Of a stretch of DNA of 64,000 nt, positions 47,788 to 56,271 are shown in pieces (positions within the stretch are counted from its first letter, which is position 1; every line of letters starts with the position of its first letter). Both the position numbers and the translations under genes were made by a program. Source of the stretch: an uncultured Sandaracinaceae bacterium (lineage in GTDB: Bacteria; Myxococcota_A; Polyangia; Polyangiales; Houyiibacteriaceae); contig CAZBWQ010000001.1 of the NCBI GenBank assembly GCA_964495565.1, positions 52,166 to 116,165 of the forward strand. The letters run 5' to 3'. A model generated the notes under the pieces. It was not told the DNA's origin. It searched no databases and saw only the letters and a list, made by a program, of their open reading frames with translations.

Positions 47788-49704
47788 TCAGCCCTTCTTC
47801 AAAAGCGCCTCGACCACCGTTGGGTCGGCGAGCGTCGAAATGTCTCCGAGTTGATCGGCTTCTCCTGCGGCGATCTTCCGCAAGATGCGTCGCATGATCT
47901 TGCCCGAGCGTGTCTTGGGCAGCCCGTGGACGACGCGAACCTCATCCGGCGTGGCAATCGGGCCGATCACTTGTCGTACCTGCTCTTTGAGCGCGCCCTG
48001 TAGCTCCTGCGGGTTCCACTCCGCGTCTGCGATCGGGACTACGAAGGCGAAGATTCCCTGGCCTTTGATCTCGTGCGGACAAGGCACCACGGCGGCTTCT
48101 GCCACCGCCTGGTGTGCCACGAGCGCGCTCTCGACCTCGGCGGTGCCCAGCCGGTGCCCCGACACGTTGATCACGTCGTCCACGCGGCCCGTGATCCAGT
48201 AGTAGCCATCTTCGTCTCGCCGGCAGCCGTCACCCGTGAAGTAGAACGGCGGATACTGGGAGAAATACGTCTCGAGAAACCGCTTGTGGTTGCCGTGGAT
48301 CGTGCGGGCTTGGCCGGGCCAGGGATGTGTGATGCACAAGTAGCCGCTGACGTCGTTACCCTCGATGATTTTCCCCTCTTGATCGACGATGGCCGGCTCG
48401 ATGCCGAACAGCGGCAGGGTGGCCGAACCCGGTTTCGTGGGGGTCGCTTTCGGCAGCGGGCTAATCAGGATGCCTCCCGTCTCCGTCTGCCACCACGTGT
48501 CGACGATCGGAATCTTGCCGTCGCCGACCACGTCGCTGTACCAACGCCATACCTCCGGGTTGATCGGCTCGCCCACGGTTCCGAGAACCCGTAGGCTCTT
48601 GCGGCTCGAGCCCTTGACCGGCTCCGAGCCCTCTCGCATGAGGGCCCGGAGCGCGGTGGGCGAGGTATAGAGAGTCGTCGCGCCGATGTCGTCGACGACC
48701 TTCCAGTATCTACTTGGGTCGGGGTAGGTAGGCGTCGACTCGAACATGACCGTGGTGACGCCATTCGCGAGCGGACCGTAGATGATGTACGTGTGGCCCG
48801 TAATCCATCCAATGTCCGCTGCGCAGAAGTGCACGTCGTCCGGGCCGATGTCGAACACGTACTTGAACGTCGACGCCGCGTAGGTCAGGTACCCGCCCGT
48901 CGTGTGTACGAGCCCTTTGGGCTTTCCCGTCGAGCCCGACGTGTACAGGATGAAGAGCGGATCTTCGGATGCCATCCATTCCGATGGGCACGTCACGCGG
49001 TGCTCGGCCATCGCTTCGTGCATCCACACGTCCCGCCCTTGATGCATCTCGACCTCGGTGTCGGTTCGTTTCACGACCAGCACCTTTTCGACCACGGCGA
49101 GGCCCTCCACCGCATCGTCGGCAATTCTCTTCAGAGGAATGCGCTTGCCGCCGCGAAGACCCTCGTTTGCGGTGACCAAGATCTTCGCCTCGGCATCGAT
49201 GATTCGATCGCGTAGCGCATCTGCGCTGAAGCCGCCGAATACGATCGAATGCACCGCGCCGATCCGCGCACACGCGAGCATCGTGTAGGCGAGCTCGGGT
49301 ACCATCGGCAGATAGATGCAGACGCGATCGCCCTTGCCGACTCCATACGATCGCAACGTATTGGCCACGCGGCCGACGGCGGTCTTGAGCTGGCTGAAGG
49401 AGATGCGCTCGTACTCCCCAGGCTCGTCTTTGACGTAGATGATCGCCGTTTTATCGGGGTTCTTGGCTGCATGCCGATCGACGCAGTTCGTCGCGGCATT
49501 CAAACGGCCGCCGCCGAACCATACGAATTCGCCCGGGCCGTCTTGCTCGAAGGTGCTGTACGGCTCGTAGAACCAATGAAGCTCGTTTGCCTCCTCGCGC
49601 CAGAAGGCATCGCGTTCGGAGAGGCTTCGCTGGTAGAGCCGACGGTACTCGTCGAGGTTGCTGATGCGTCGTCGTGTCTCGAGGGAAGGTTGTTTGAGTG
49701 TCAT
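47788..49704 (-). CDS. acs: acetyl-CoA synthetase (acetate--CoA ligase)
   Basis: 638 aa. The motifs YTSGSTGKPKG, WWQTETGG and KTRSGKIMRR, with the acetylatable Lys, are present. Confidence 0.95.
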   Translation of the reverse strand: MTLKQPSLETRRRISNLDEYRRLYQRSLSERDAFWREEANELHWFYEPYSTFEQDGPGEFVWFGGGRLNAATNCVDRHAAKNPDKTAIIYVKDEPGEYERISFSQLKTAVGRVANTLRSYGVGKGDRVCIYLPMVPELAYTMLACARIGAVHSIVFGGFSADALRDRIIDAEAKILVTANEGLRGGKRIPLKRIADDAVEGLAVVEKVLVVKRTDTEVEMHQGRDVWMHEAMAEHRVTCPSEWMASEDPLFILYTSGSTGKPKGLVHTTGGYLTYAASTFKYVFDIGPDDVHFCAADIGWITGHTYIIYGPLANGVTTVMFESTPTYPDPSRYWKVVDDIGATTLYTSPTALRALMREGSEPVKGSSRKSLRVLGTVGEPINPEVWRWYSDVVGDGKIPIVDTWWQTETGGILISPLPKATPTKPGSATLPLFGIEPAIVDQEGKIIEGNDVSGYLCITHPWPGQARTIHGNHKRFLETYFSQYPPFYFTGDGCRRDEDGYYWITGRVDDVINVSGHRLGTAEVESALVAHQAVAEAAVVPCPHEIKGQGIFAFVVPIADAEWNPQELQGALKEQVRQVIGPIATPDEVRVVHGLPKTRSGKIMRRILRKIAAGEADQLGDISTLADPTVVEALLKKG

Positions 49705-49738
49705 CGGTACACCTTACACCTTGTTGGAAGTGGTTTGA

Positions 49739-49754
49739 CGCAAGAGTTGTACCA
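49739..49754 (-). promoter_or_regulatory. candidate sigma-54 promoter for acs (minus-strand 5'-TGGTAC-AACTC-TTGCG-3')
   Basis: GG and GC lie at the canonical -24/-12 spacing, about 35 nt upstream of the acs ATG. AAGGTG lies between the element and the ATG. A GAFTGA activator gene lies immediately upstream. Confidence 0.45.
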
Positions 49755-49835
49755 AACACCGTGCCCTCAGAACGACACAGAAAGTTCATCTAACGCGGCG
49801 CAGCAAACGTTACGATTCGTATCACCGCGCTACGG

Positions 49836-49854
49836 TTCGAAACGCCTTCGAAAC
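49836..49854. promoter_or_regulatory. direct repeat TTCGAAAC-GCC-TTCGAAAC (candidate enhancer/UAS)
   Basis: Read directly. Each unit contains the palindrome TTCGAA. It lies about 85-100 bp upstream of the sigma-54-like element. Confidence 0.35.
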
Positions 49855-49862
49855 CGATTGGG

Positions 49863-51203
49863 TCATTCGGGAGGCTGAGAGTCGCGACGCGGGATGCCCA
49901 TGCGCTGCCTACGTTCCCAGAGTGTCTTGCGACTGATCCCGAGGCGCTTGGCCAGCTCGGTCTCGCTCAGCTCGTGCTGGTGCGACAATACGAAGCGCCG
50001 AAGGTAGCCTTCGAGAGAGGGGTCTTCGCCAGCCTCGGCGTCGACGCCATTCGAGCCGTTGGAGCCGTTCGTGCGATCGAGGGCCAAGAGCTCTTCCGTG
50101 ATCGGACCCGATTCGTGTAAAATCACGGCTCGCTCGACGGCATGCTGCAGCTCGCGCACGTTGCCCGGCCACTTGTGTCGCATGAGCGCCTTCTTGGCTC
50201 GTTCGTCGAGCTCGAGCATGGGGCGGCCCAGCTTCGCGGTGGCCCGTCGCACGAAGACCTCGGCGAGCGCCAGGATGTCGTCCCCGCGCTCGCACAATGG
50301 CGGCAGCTCGATCTCGACGACGTTCAGCCGAAAGTACAGATCTGCCCGGAATTCGCCGCGTTCGACGAGTAACGGAAGGTCTCTGTGCGTGGCGGCGACG
50401 AGCCGGATGTCGACCGCCTCGGCTTGCCGTGCGCCGACCCGACGAACCTCTCGTTGCTGAAGCATGCGGAGTAGGCGAGCCTGCGCGGCTTGTGTGAGCT
50501 CGCCAATTTCGTCTAGGAACAACGTGCCTTCGTCGGCCGCGTGCACCAGGCCGTCTTTGCGGGTCGCCGCGCCAGTAAACGCACCCTTTTCGTGCCCGAA
50601 GAGCTCCGATTCCAACAAGGTCTCCGGAATCGAAGCGCAGTTGACCGGAACGAAGTCGCCCGGCCGTCGGCTCTGTTTGTGCACGGCCCGTGCAATCAGC
50701 TCCTTGCCCGTTCCCGACTCGCCCAAAACGAGCACGGTTGCCGCCGTGGGTGCGACCTTGCGCGCTCGGCGCAGTGCTTCCTGCATCGGGCTCGAGTCCG
50801 AGGCGACGATCTGGTAGAGCTCATCTTCGGAGGTGGGCGGGTAGGAGTCCCGCGACTCGCGGTTTCGAAGCACTCGCTCCACGGCCCGGCTGAGCTCTTC
50901 GGGCTCGAACGGCTTGGAGAGATAATCCACGGCGCCTCTCTTCATGGCATCGACCGCTTCGCTGACCGAGCCGTACGCCGTCATCACGATGACCGGAACT
51001 TGGCCTACGCGCTCGATGAGGACGTCGCCTCTCTCGCCCGTCAGCCGCACGTCCGTGATGATGAGATCGAACGACTCGGGACCCGCAGCCTCCGCTTCTT
51101 TGACGCTCGGTACGTCGGTGACCGCATGGTCCTGCCTGGACAGGATGCGTTTGATCTCCGCGCGGATGACGCGCTCATCCTCCACCAACAGGATCTTCGC
51201 CAC
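49863..51203 (-). CDS. sigma-54-dependent response regulator (NtrC/CbrB-like)
   Basis: GTG start. It has a receiver domain (LLVEDE...ITDVRL), an AAA+ domain (GESGTGKE and the GAFTGA loop) and a C-terminal Fis-type HTH ([21 protein letters not shown]). Confidence 0.9.
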   Translation of the reverse strand: MAKILLVEDERVIRAEIKRILSRQDHAVTDVPSVKEAEAAGPESFDLIITDVRLTGERGDVLIERVGQVPVIVMTAYGSVSEAVDAMKRGAVDYLSKPFEPEELSRAVERVLRNRESRDSYPPTSEDELYQIVASDSSPMQEALRRARKVAPTAATVLVLGESGTGKELIARAVHKQSRRPGDFVPVNCASIPETLLESELFGHEKGAFTGAATRKDGLVHAADEGTLFLDEIGELTQAAQARLLRMLQQREVRRVGARQAEAVDIRLVAATHRDLPLLVERGEFRADLYFRLNVVEIELPPLCERGDDILALAEVFVRRATAKLGRPMLELDERAKKALMRHKWPGNVRELQHAVERAVILHESGPITEELLALDRTNGSNGSNGVDAEAGEDPSLEGYLRRFVLSHQHELSETELAKRLGISRKTLWERRQRMGIPRRDSQPPE

Positions 51204-54123
51204 CGCCGATTAGTACCAAAGGAGCGGCAGATCCTTCAATGCCTATGTTTTCGTGGGCTTGGAGGGTGACCGTGAAGCGGCTGCCGCCCGAAGGACGAGG
51301 ACGGTAGGTGAGCGAGCCACCGCAGCGTTCGACGATTTGCCGAGACACCGAGAGTCCGAGGCCCGTTCCCTGCATGTCGCCTTTGGTCGTGAAAAATGGC
51401 TCGAAAACTCGTTCGGAAAGAGCCTCGGGAATTCCGGGGCCTTCGTCGTCCACGTGGATCCGAACCATCCGCCCATCCGTCCAGGTGCTCACATATACAG
51501 TCGCTTCCGGGGACGACGCTTGGCGCGCATTGTTGAGCAAGTTGACCAGCACCTGCGTTAACCCTTCCGGAGTCGCCCTCACGGGCGCATCGCCGCGGAG
51601 ATTCAGATCGATGCAACAGCCTTCGGTCTCCAACTTGGCCAGCTCGACGGCCCTGTGGACCGCTCGCGCCACCGAGACGGGTTGCAGCTCCACCGGCGTC
51701 TCGTCGCGACGGCTGAAGGTGAGCAAGCTCTGAACGATGCCATGAATGCGTTGGGCCTCTTCGACGATGATCTCGAGACGCTCGGTGGCATCGTCGGCCG
51801 AGGGATCGGCCACCAGATTCTTGGCGACCATCAGGATTCCCGTCAGCGGATTGCCGACTTCGTGCGCGACGCCCGAAGCCAAGGTGCCGATGGACGACAA
51901 CCGATCCTTGTGTGCGACGTGCCTCTCCAGTTGCCGCAGCGCAGTGATGTCTTCGACGACGAAGACACGGCCTTCCTCGGCTTCGGAAGCGATCGTCGCC
52001 GTCTGTGCCCGAAGCTCCATCGACCGATCGCCCGAGCTGAATTCCCTCTCGATCGCCGTTCCGCTCGGTTGACTCGCCAGGTCTTCGAACAGCGCTCGCC
52101 AAGGCCCAGGCAAGTCGCTCAGCGTGTGGCCGCAGGTGTCGTCCTCGGGCAACCCCGAGATGCGCTCGAGCCGAGGGTTCCAGACGACCACCTCGCCATG
52201 GTCATCGACCGTGCATACTCCGACCGGCAGCTCCGACATGAGCTTGGACAAGTAACGCCGTGCGGCATGGGCAGGGGAGGTTGGTAGTGATGCTCCATCG
52301 TGGTCCAGCGAATCGAGCTCTCGAAATGCACGAAGGCGTTCTGCGAGGGCGTCGGCACGCACCGGACGACCTCCGTGAATGTAGGTTCGTGCCGCCAGAG
52401 GCCCAATTCTTTCGCTGAGACGGCCCTGCAGCTCGTTGACCAGCTTCAGCATCTCGGGCCGATCCCGAGGCGGCCAATGCACGTCCGCCGCGCCCGCCGC
52501 CTCGTAGATCTCCCGGACTGCCGTCTTCTTTCCCACGTACGAGGTCAAACGTTCCTTGAGCGCCTCGGCCGACTCGGGGACCTGCAAGAGCCGGGTGACA
52601 CGAGGCTCCCGGCAAGCTTCCGCCGCGATCCGCTCTTCCTCGGAGCGGGTGGTGAAGAGGGACACACCCATGAACACGAGCGCATGGGCGGTCAGGCTCA
52701 ACCAGATGACCGGCCCTCGCGCGCTCGGGTCATCGAAACCGAACAGCGAGTAGATTCGTGAAACACCGACTTCGTAGCCGAGTAGTGGCATTGCCGTGAG
52801 GAGCGCCCACGCGGTTGCTCCCACCACCAAGCCCGAAAGCACACCGGCTCGGGTGGCACGACGCCAAAACAGGGTGGCGAGCAGACCGGGAAGCAGGTGT
52901 GAGACGGCCACGAAAGAGGCGAGTCCGAGGTCCACCAACGAATGGCGTCGAGGGAGCGTGAAGTGCAGGAGCAATCCCGCCACGATGACGCCCACGATCA
53001 TCATGCGACGAAAGACCGCCCACCGTGTCAAGAGCGACTCGGGGGTCGGACCGAAGCGCGGCAGGAGGTAATTGCCTACCATGCCGCTGAGAGCGATGGA
53101 CGACACCAGGATCATCGCGCTCGCGGCAGAAACGGCACCCAGAAAGACCAGCGTTTGCAGCGCGGGTGAGCTCTGTACGGCGATCAGCACGTACACGTCC
53201 GGGCGCGTGCCGGGTGTGGCGAGCTCGCGTCCAGCCCAATAGAGAACCGGCACGGGAAGATTGATCGCGAAGAGGTAGAGAGGAAGGGCCCATCTCGCGG
53301 TCCGGAGGCTGTTCGGGCCGGGCCGCTGTCCGAACGCGACGAAGAACTGACGAGGCAGAAGAAACGCAGCGCAAAAAGTGATGAAGACCAGCGCCAACCA
53401 GGAATCTCCCACGTCCCTCATCACCGGTTGGGTCATGCTTTGCACCAGCTCCGGCCGTTCGCGAAGGTACTCGTTGAGCCCGCCGAACCCTCCGAAGGTC
53501 ATGAATAGGGCGGCGACTCCGACGACCAACAGCGCGACCAGCTTGAAGATGCTTTCCCACGCCAACGTCGCGATCAGACCAGGGCGGTGAGCGCGTCCAT
53601 CGGCGTAACGAACCCCCAGAGCAACCGCGAAAGCGCTCAAGAGAATGGCGTAGACCGAGCCGACTTCCTCGCTCGGCTCTTGACCGACGAGAATCGCAGA
53701 TCCGTCCACGACCGCGCGAAGCTGGAGAGCAATGTACGGAAGCAAGCCCGCGACCATGAAGATCGACACGACGGCACCCACCGTTCTGCTCTGAAACCGA
53801 AAAGCGAATACGTCGGCGATGCTACCCAAACGATATCTGTCGACGAGCTCGCCGACGGGCGCCCACAAGAACGGGATCGCGATGCAGGAAAGAGTCACCC
53901 CGAAGTAGATGGCGAGGAAGTCATATCCTTCGGTGGCGGCGAAGCCGACACTTCCGAACAAGGTCCAGGTGGTCGCGTAGACGCCGAGGGCCAGCGTGTA
54001 GCTGACCGTGTTCCGGCCCAATCGCCCCCAACGAGGGGATCGCTCCACGATCTCGGCACCGATGATGTAGAGCCCCAGGAGCGCGGCCGACAGAAGAAAG
54101 AGTACGACCTGATCAAGCGGCAT
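51175..54123 (-). CDS. sensor histidine kinase with N-terminal sodium:solute-symporter (SLC5) domain (CbrA/CrbS-like)
   Basis: About 500 aa of polytopic SSS-like region come first. A PAS-like segment follows (VGVCTVDDHGEVVVWNPRLERISGL). The kinase core has the H-box SGVAHEVGNPL, N-box LVNLLNNARQA and G-boxes DDEGPGIP and GTGLGLS. There is no receiver domain. Confidence 0.9.
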   Translation of the reverse strand: MPLDQVVLFLLSAALLGLYIIGAEIVERSPRWGRLGRNTVSYTLALGVYATTWTLFGSVGFAATEGYDFLAIYFGVTLSCIAIPFLWAPVGELVDRYRLGSIADVFAFRFQSRTVGAVVSIFMVAGLLPYIALQLRAVVDGSAILVGQEPSEEVGSVYAILLSAFAVALGVRYADGRAHRPGLIATLAWESIFKLVALLVVGVAALFMTFGGFGGLNEYLRERPELVQSMTQPVMRDVGDSWLALVFITFCAAFLLPRQFFVAFGQRPGPNSLRTARWALPLYLFAINLPVPVLYWAGRELATPGTRPDVYVLIAVQSSPALQTLVFLGAVSAASAMILVSSIALSGMVGNYLLPRFGPTPESLLTRWAVFRRMMIVGVIVAGLLLHFTLPRRHSLVDLGLASFVAVSHLLPGLLATLFWRRATRAGVLSGLVVGATAWALLTAMPLLGYEVGVSRIYSLFGFDDPSARGPVIWLSLTAHALVFMGVSLFTTRSEEERIAAEACREPRVTRLLQVPESAEALKERLTSYVGKKTAVREIYEAAGAADVHWPPRDRPEMLKLVNELQGRLSERIGPLAARTYIHGGRPVRADALAERLRAFRELDSLDHDGASLPTSPAHAARRYLSKLMSELPVGVCTVDDHGEVVVWNPRLERISGLPEDDTCGHTLSDLPGPWRALFEDLASQPSGTAIEREFSSGDRSMELRAQTATIASEAEEGRVFVVEDITALRQLERHVAHKDRLSSIGTLASGVAHEVGNPLTGILMVAKNLVADPSADDATERLEIIVEEAQRIHGIVQSLLTFSRRDETPVELQPVSVARAVHRAVELAKLETEGCCIDLNLRGDAPVRATPEGLTQVLVNLLNNARQASSPEATVYVSTWTDGRMVRIHVDDEGPGIPEALSERVFEPFFTTKGDMQGTGLGLSVSRQIVERCGGSLTYRPRPSGGSRFTVTLQAHENIGIEGSAAPLVLIGGGEDPVGGG

Positions 54124-54280
54124 GGTCGGAGCGGCGTAGCAGCGCCACGAGGGCGATCAGCGCAAGCCAAAAGACGAAGGGAGACCACCAGGTCTGGAGC
54201 CAAAGAGCGCGCACCGGCGTCGCGATCAGCACTACGGCGACCACGAAGAGCACGAGCGCGCGCTCCTTGTCCGGATTCAT
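54113..54280 (-). CDS. small two-TM protein (55 aa) translationally coupled between prpE and the SSS-kinase
   Basis: Hand translation gives MNPDKERALVLFVVAVVLIATPVRALWLQTWWSPFVFWLALIALVALLRRSDHAA. Its ATG overlaps the prpE stop (ATGA). Its stop lies 8 nt inside the kinase ORF. It falls below the ORF-track length cut-off. Confidence 0.45.
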   Translation of the reverse strand: MNPDKERALVLFVVAVVLIATPVRALWLQTWWSPFVFWLALIALVALLRRSDHAA

Positions 54281-56166
54281 CAGGCGTACCCGATTACCTG
54301 CAGTCGCTGCGTGATTTCATCCAGGATTGCGGGATCGTCGATCGTCGCTGGCATTCGCCACGCGGTCCGGTCTGCAATCTTCTTCATCGTCCCCCGCAAG
54401 ATCTTGCCGGAGCGAGTCTTGGGAAGGCGTTGTACGACGATGGCCGTCTTGAACGACGCGACCGCCCCGATCTCGTTTCGGACCAGTTGGATGACTTCGG
54501 AGACGATGTCGTGATGAGGACGATCGACACCGGAGTTGAGAACCAAGAACCCGAGTGGGACTTCGCCCTTGAGGTCGTCTGCGACACCGATGACGGCACA
54601 CTCCGCAACGTCGGGATGCGAAGCGACCACTTCCTCCATCCCGCCGGTCGACAACCGGTGTCCGGCCACGTTGATGATGTCGTCGGTGCGCGACATGACG
54701 TACACGTAGCCATCCTCGTCGATGTATCCGGCGTCGGCGGTCTTGTAATAGCCCGGAAACTCTCGCAGATAGGAGCTCACGAAGCGTTCGTCGTCGTTCC
54801 AGAGAGTCGGCAGGCTTCCGGGCGGCAGGGGGAGCTTGATCACGAGCGCCCCGATCTTGCCGCGCTCGAGCTCATGACAGGCCTCGTCGACGACTCGTAC
54901 GTCCCATCCTGGGGCGGCGACGGTTGGCGATCCATGCTTGACCGGAAGCTGCTCGATTCCGAGGCAGTTGGCGCAGATCGCCCAGCCGGTCTCCGTCTGC
55001 CACCAGTGATCGATCACGGGCACTTGGAGCTTTTCTTCCGCCCATTTCAACGTGTCGGGATCGGAACGCTCGCCGGCTAGAAAGAGCGCGCGTAGCGAGC
55101 TGATGTCGTACTTGCCGATCAGGGCCCCATGAGGGTCTTCTTTCTTGATGGCACGAAACGCCGTGGGAGCGGTGAACAGGCAGTTGACGCCGTGGTCTGC
55201 GATGACTCGCCAGAAAGCGCCTGCATCGGGAGTGCCGACCGGCTTTCCCTCGTAGAGAATCGTGGTGTTCCCGTTCAGTAGGGGGCCGTAGACGATGTAG
55301 GAATGCCCGACGACCCACCCTACGTCGGAGGCCGCCCAATAGACGTCACCCGGCTCGACGCCGTACACGTTCTTCATCGTCCATCGGAGTGCGACGGCAT
55401 GTCCGCCATTGTCGCGCACCACCCCCTTGGGAATGCCGGTCGTGCCCGAGGTGTAGAGAATGTACAGAGGATCGGTCGCCATGACCGGAACGCAGTCGTG
55501 GGGCTTTGCCGCTGCCACCGCGTCCTGCCACGAGACGTCGCGACCTTCGGTGAGCTCGCATTCGCAGCTCTCACGTTGGCGAATGATGCACCGACTTGGC
55601 TTGTTCTTCGAAAGCTTGATCGCCTGATCGAGCAGCGGTTTGTATTCGATGACGCGCGTACCCTCGATTCCACACGAAGCCGACACGATGATTTTCGGTT
55701 GCGCGTCGTCGATGCGGGTGGCCAGCTCTTGGGGCGCGAATCCGCCGAAGACGACCGAGTGCACGGCGCCCAACCGGGCGCACGCCAGCATGGCGATCAC
55801 CGCTTCCGGAATCATCGGCATGTAGATCAGCACGCGATCGCCCTTGGACACACCTTGCGCGGCCAGAGCGCCGGCAAACAACGCCACCTCCTGCCGGAGC
55901 TGCCGATAGGTGTAGGTCCGCCGCGTGCGGGTCACGGCGCTGTCGTAGATGAGGGCTGCCTGATTGCCTCTCGTCTCGACGTGACGATCCACCGCATTGT
56001 AACAAGTGTTCAACTGGGCTCCGGGGAACCACCGGTAAAAAGGTGCATTCGAGTCGTCGAGCACTCGATCCCACGGGGTTATCCAGTCGATTCCTTCGGC
56101 TGCCTCGCCCCAGAAGCCCTCGGGGTCTTCCAGGGAACGGCGCCTCATTTCGAGAATTCCCGACAT
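54280..56166 (-). CDS. prpE: propionate--CoA ligase (propionyl-CoA synthetase)
   Basis: The true ATG is at 56166, with GGAGG 7 nt upstream (MSGILEMRRRSLEDPEGFWGEAA...). It is PrpE-like throughout (YTSGTTGIPKG, WWQTETGW, KTRSGKILR). The upstream part of ORF 54280..57015 is a shadow extension. Confidence 0.9.
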   Translation of the reverse strand: MSGILEMRRRSLEDPEGFWGEAAEGIDWITPWDRVLDDSNAPFYRWFPGAQLNTCYNAVDRHVETRGNQAALIYDSAVTRTRRTYTYRQLRQEVALFAGALAAQGVSKGDRVLIYMPMIPEAVIAMLACARLGAVHSVVFGGFAPQELATRIDDAQPKIIVSASCGIEGTRVIEYKPLLDQAIKLSKNKPSRCIIRQRESCECELTEGRDVSWQDAVAAAKPHDCVPVMATDPLYILYTSGTTGIPKGVVRDNGGHAVALRWTMKNVYGVEPGDVYWAASDVGWVVGHSYIVYGPLLNGNTTILYEGKPVGTPDAGAFWRVIADHGVNCLFTAPTAFRAIKKEDPHGALIGKYDISSLRALFLAGERSDPDTLKWAEEKLQVPVIDHWWQTETGWAICANCLGIEQLPVKHGSPTVAAPGWDVRVVDEACHELERGKIGALVIKLPLPPGSLPTLWNDDERFVSSYLREFPGYYKTADAGYIDEDGYVYVMSRTDDIINVAGHRLSTGGMEEVVASHPDVAECAVIGVADDLKGEVPLGFLVLNSGVDRPHHDIVSEVIQLVRNEIGAVASFKTAIVVQRLPKTRSGKILRGTMKKIADRTAWRMPATIDDPAILDEITQRLQVIGYA

Positions 56167-56271
56167 GTGATTCGCCTCCGGCGCGCGAGAATACAGTCCC
56201 ATCTCGCCGATTGCGAGCACGATCGAGCCCGTTGCATCCTGGCCCCGGATCTCCAAGGATCGGCCCTGACC

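Noticed and set aside
49750-49766. Alternative sigma-54-like element upstream of acs (minus strand GGGCAC-GGTGT-TTGGT)
   Set aside because: The -12 element lacks the invariant GC (it reads TTGG). The overlapping element at 49739..49754 fits the consensus better.
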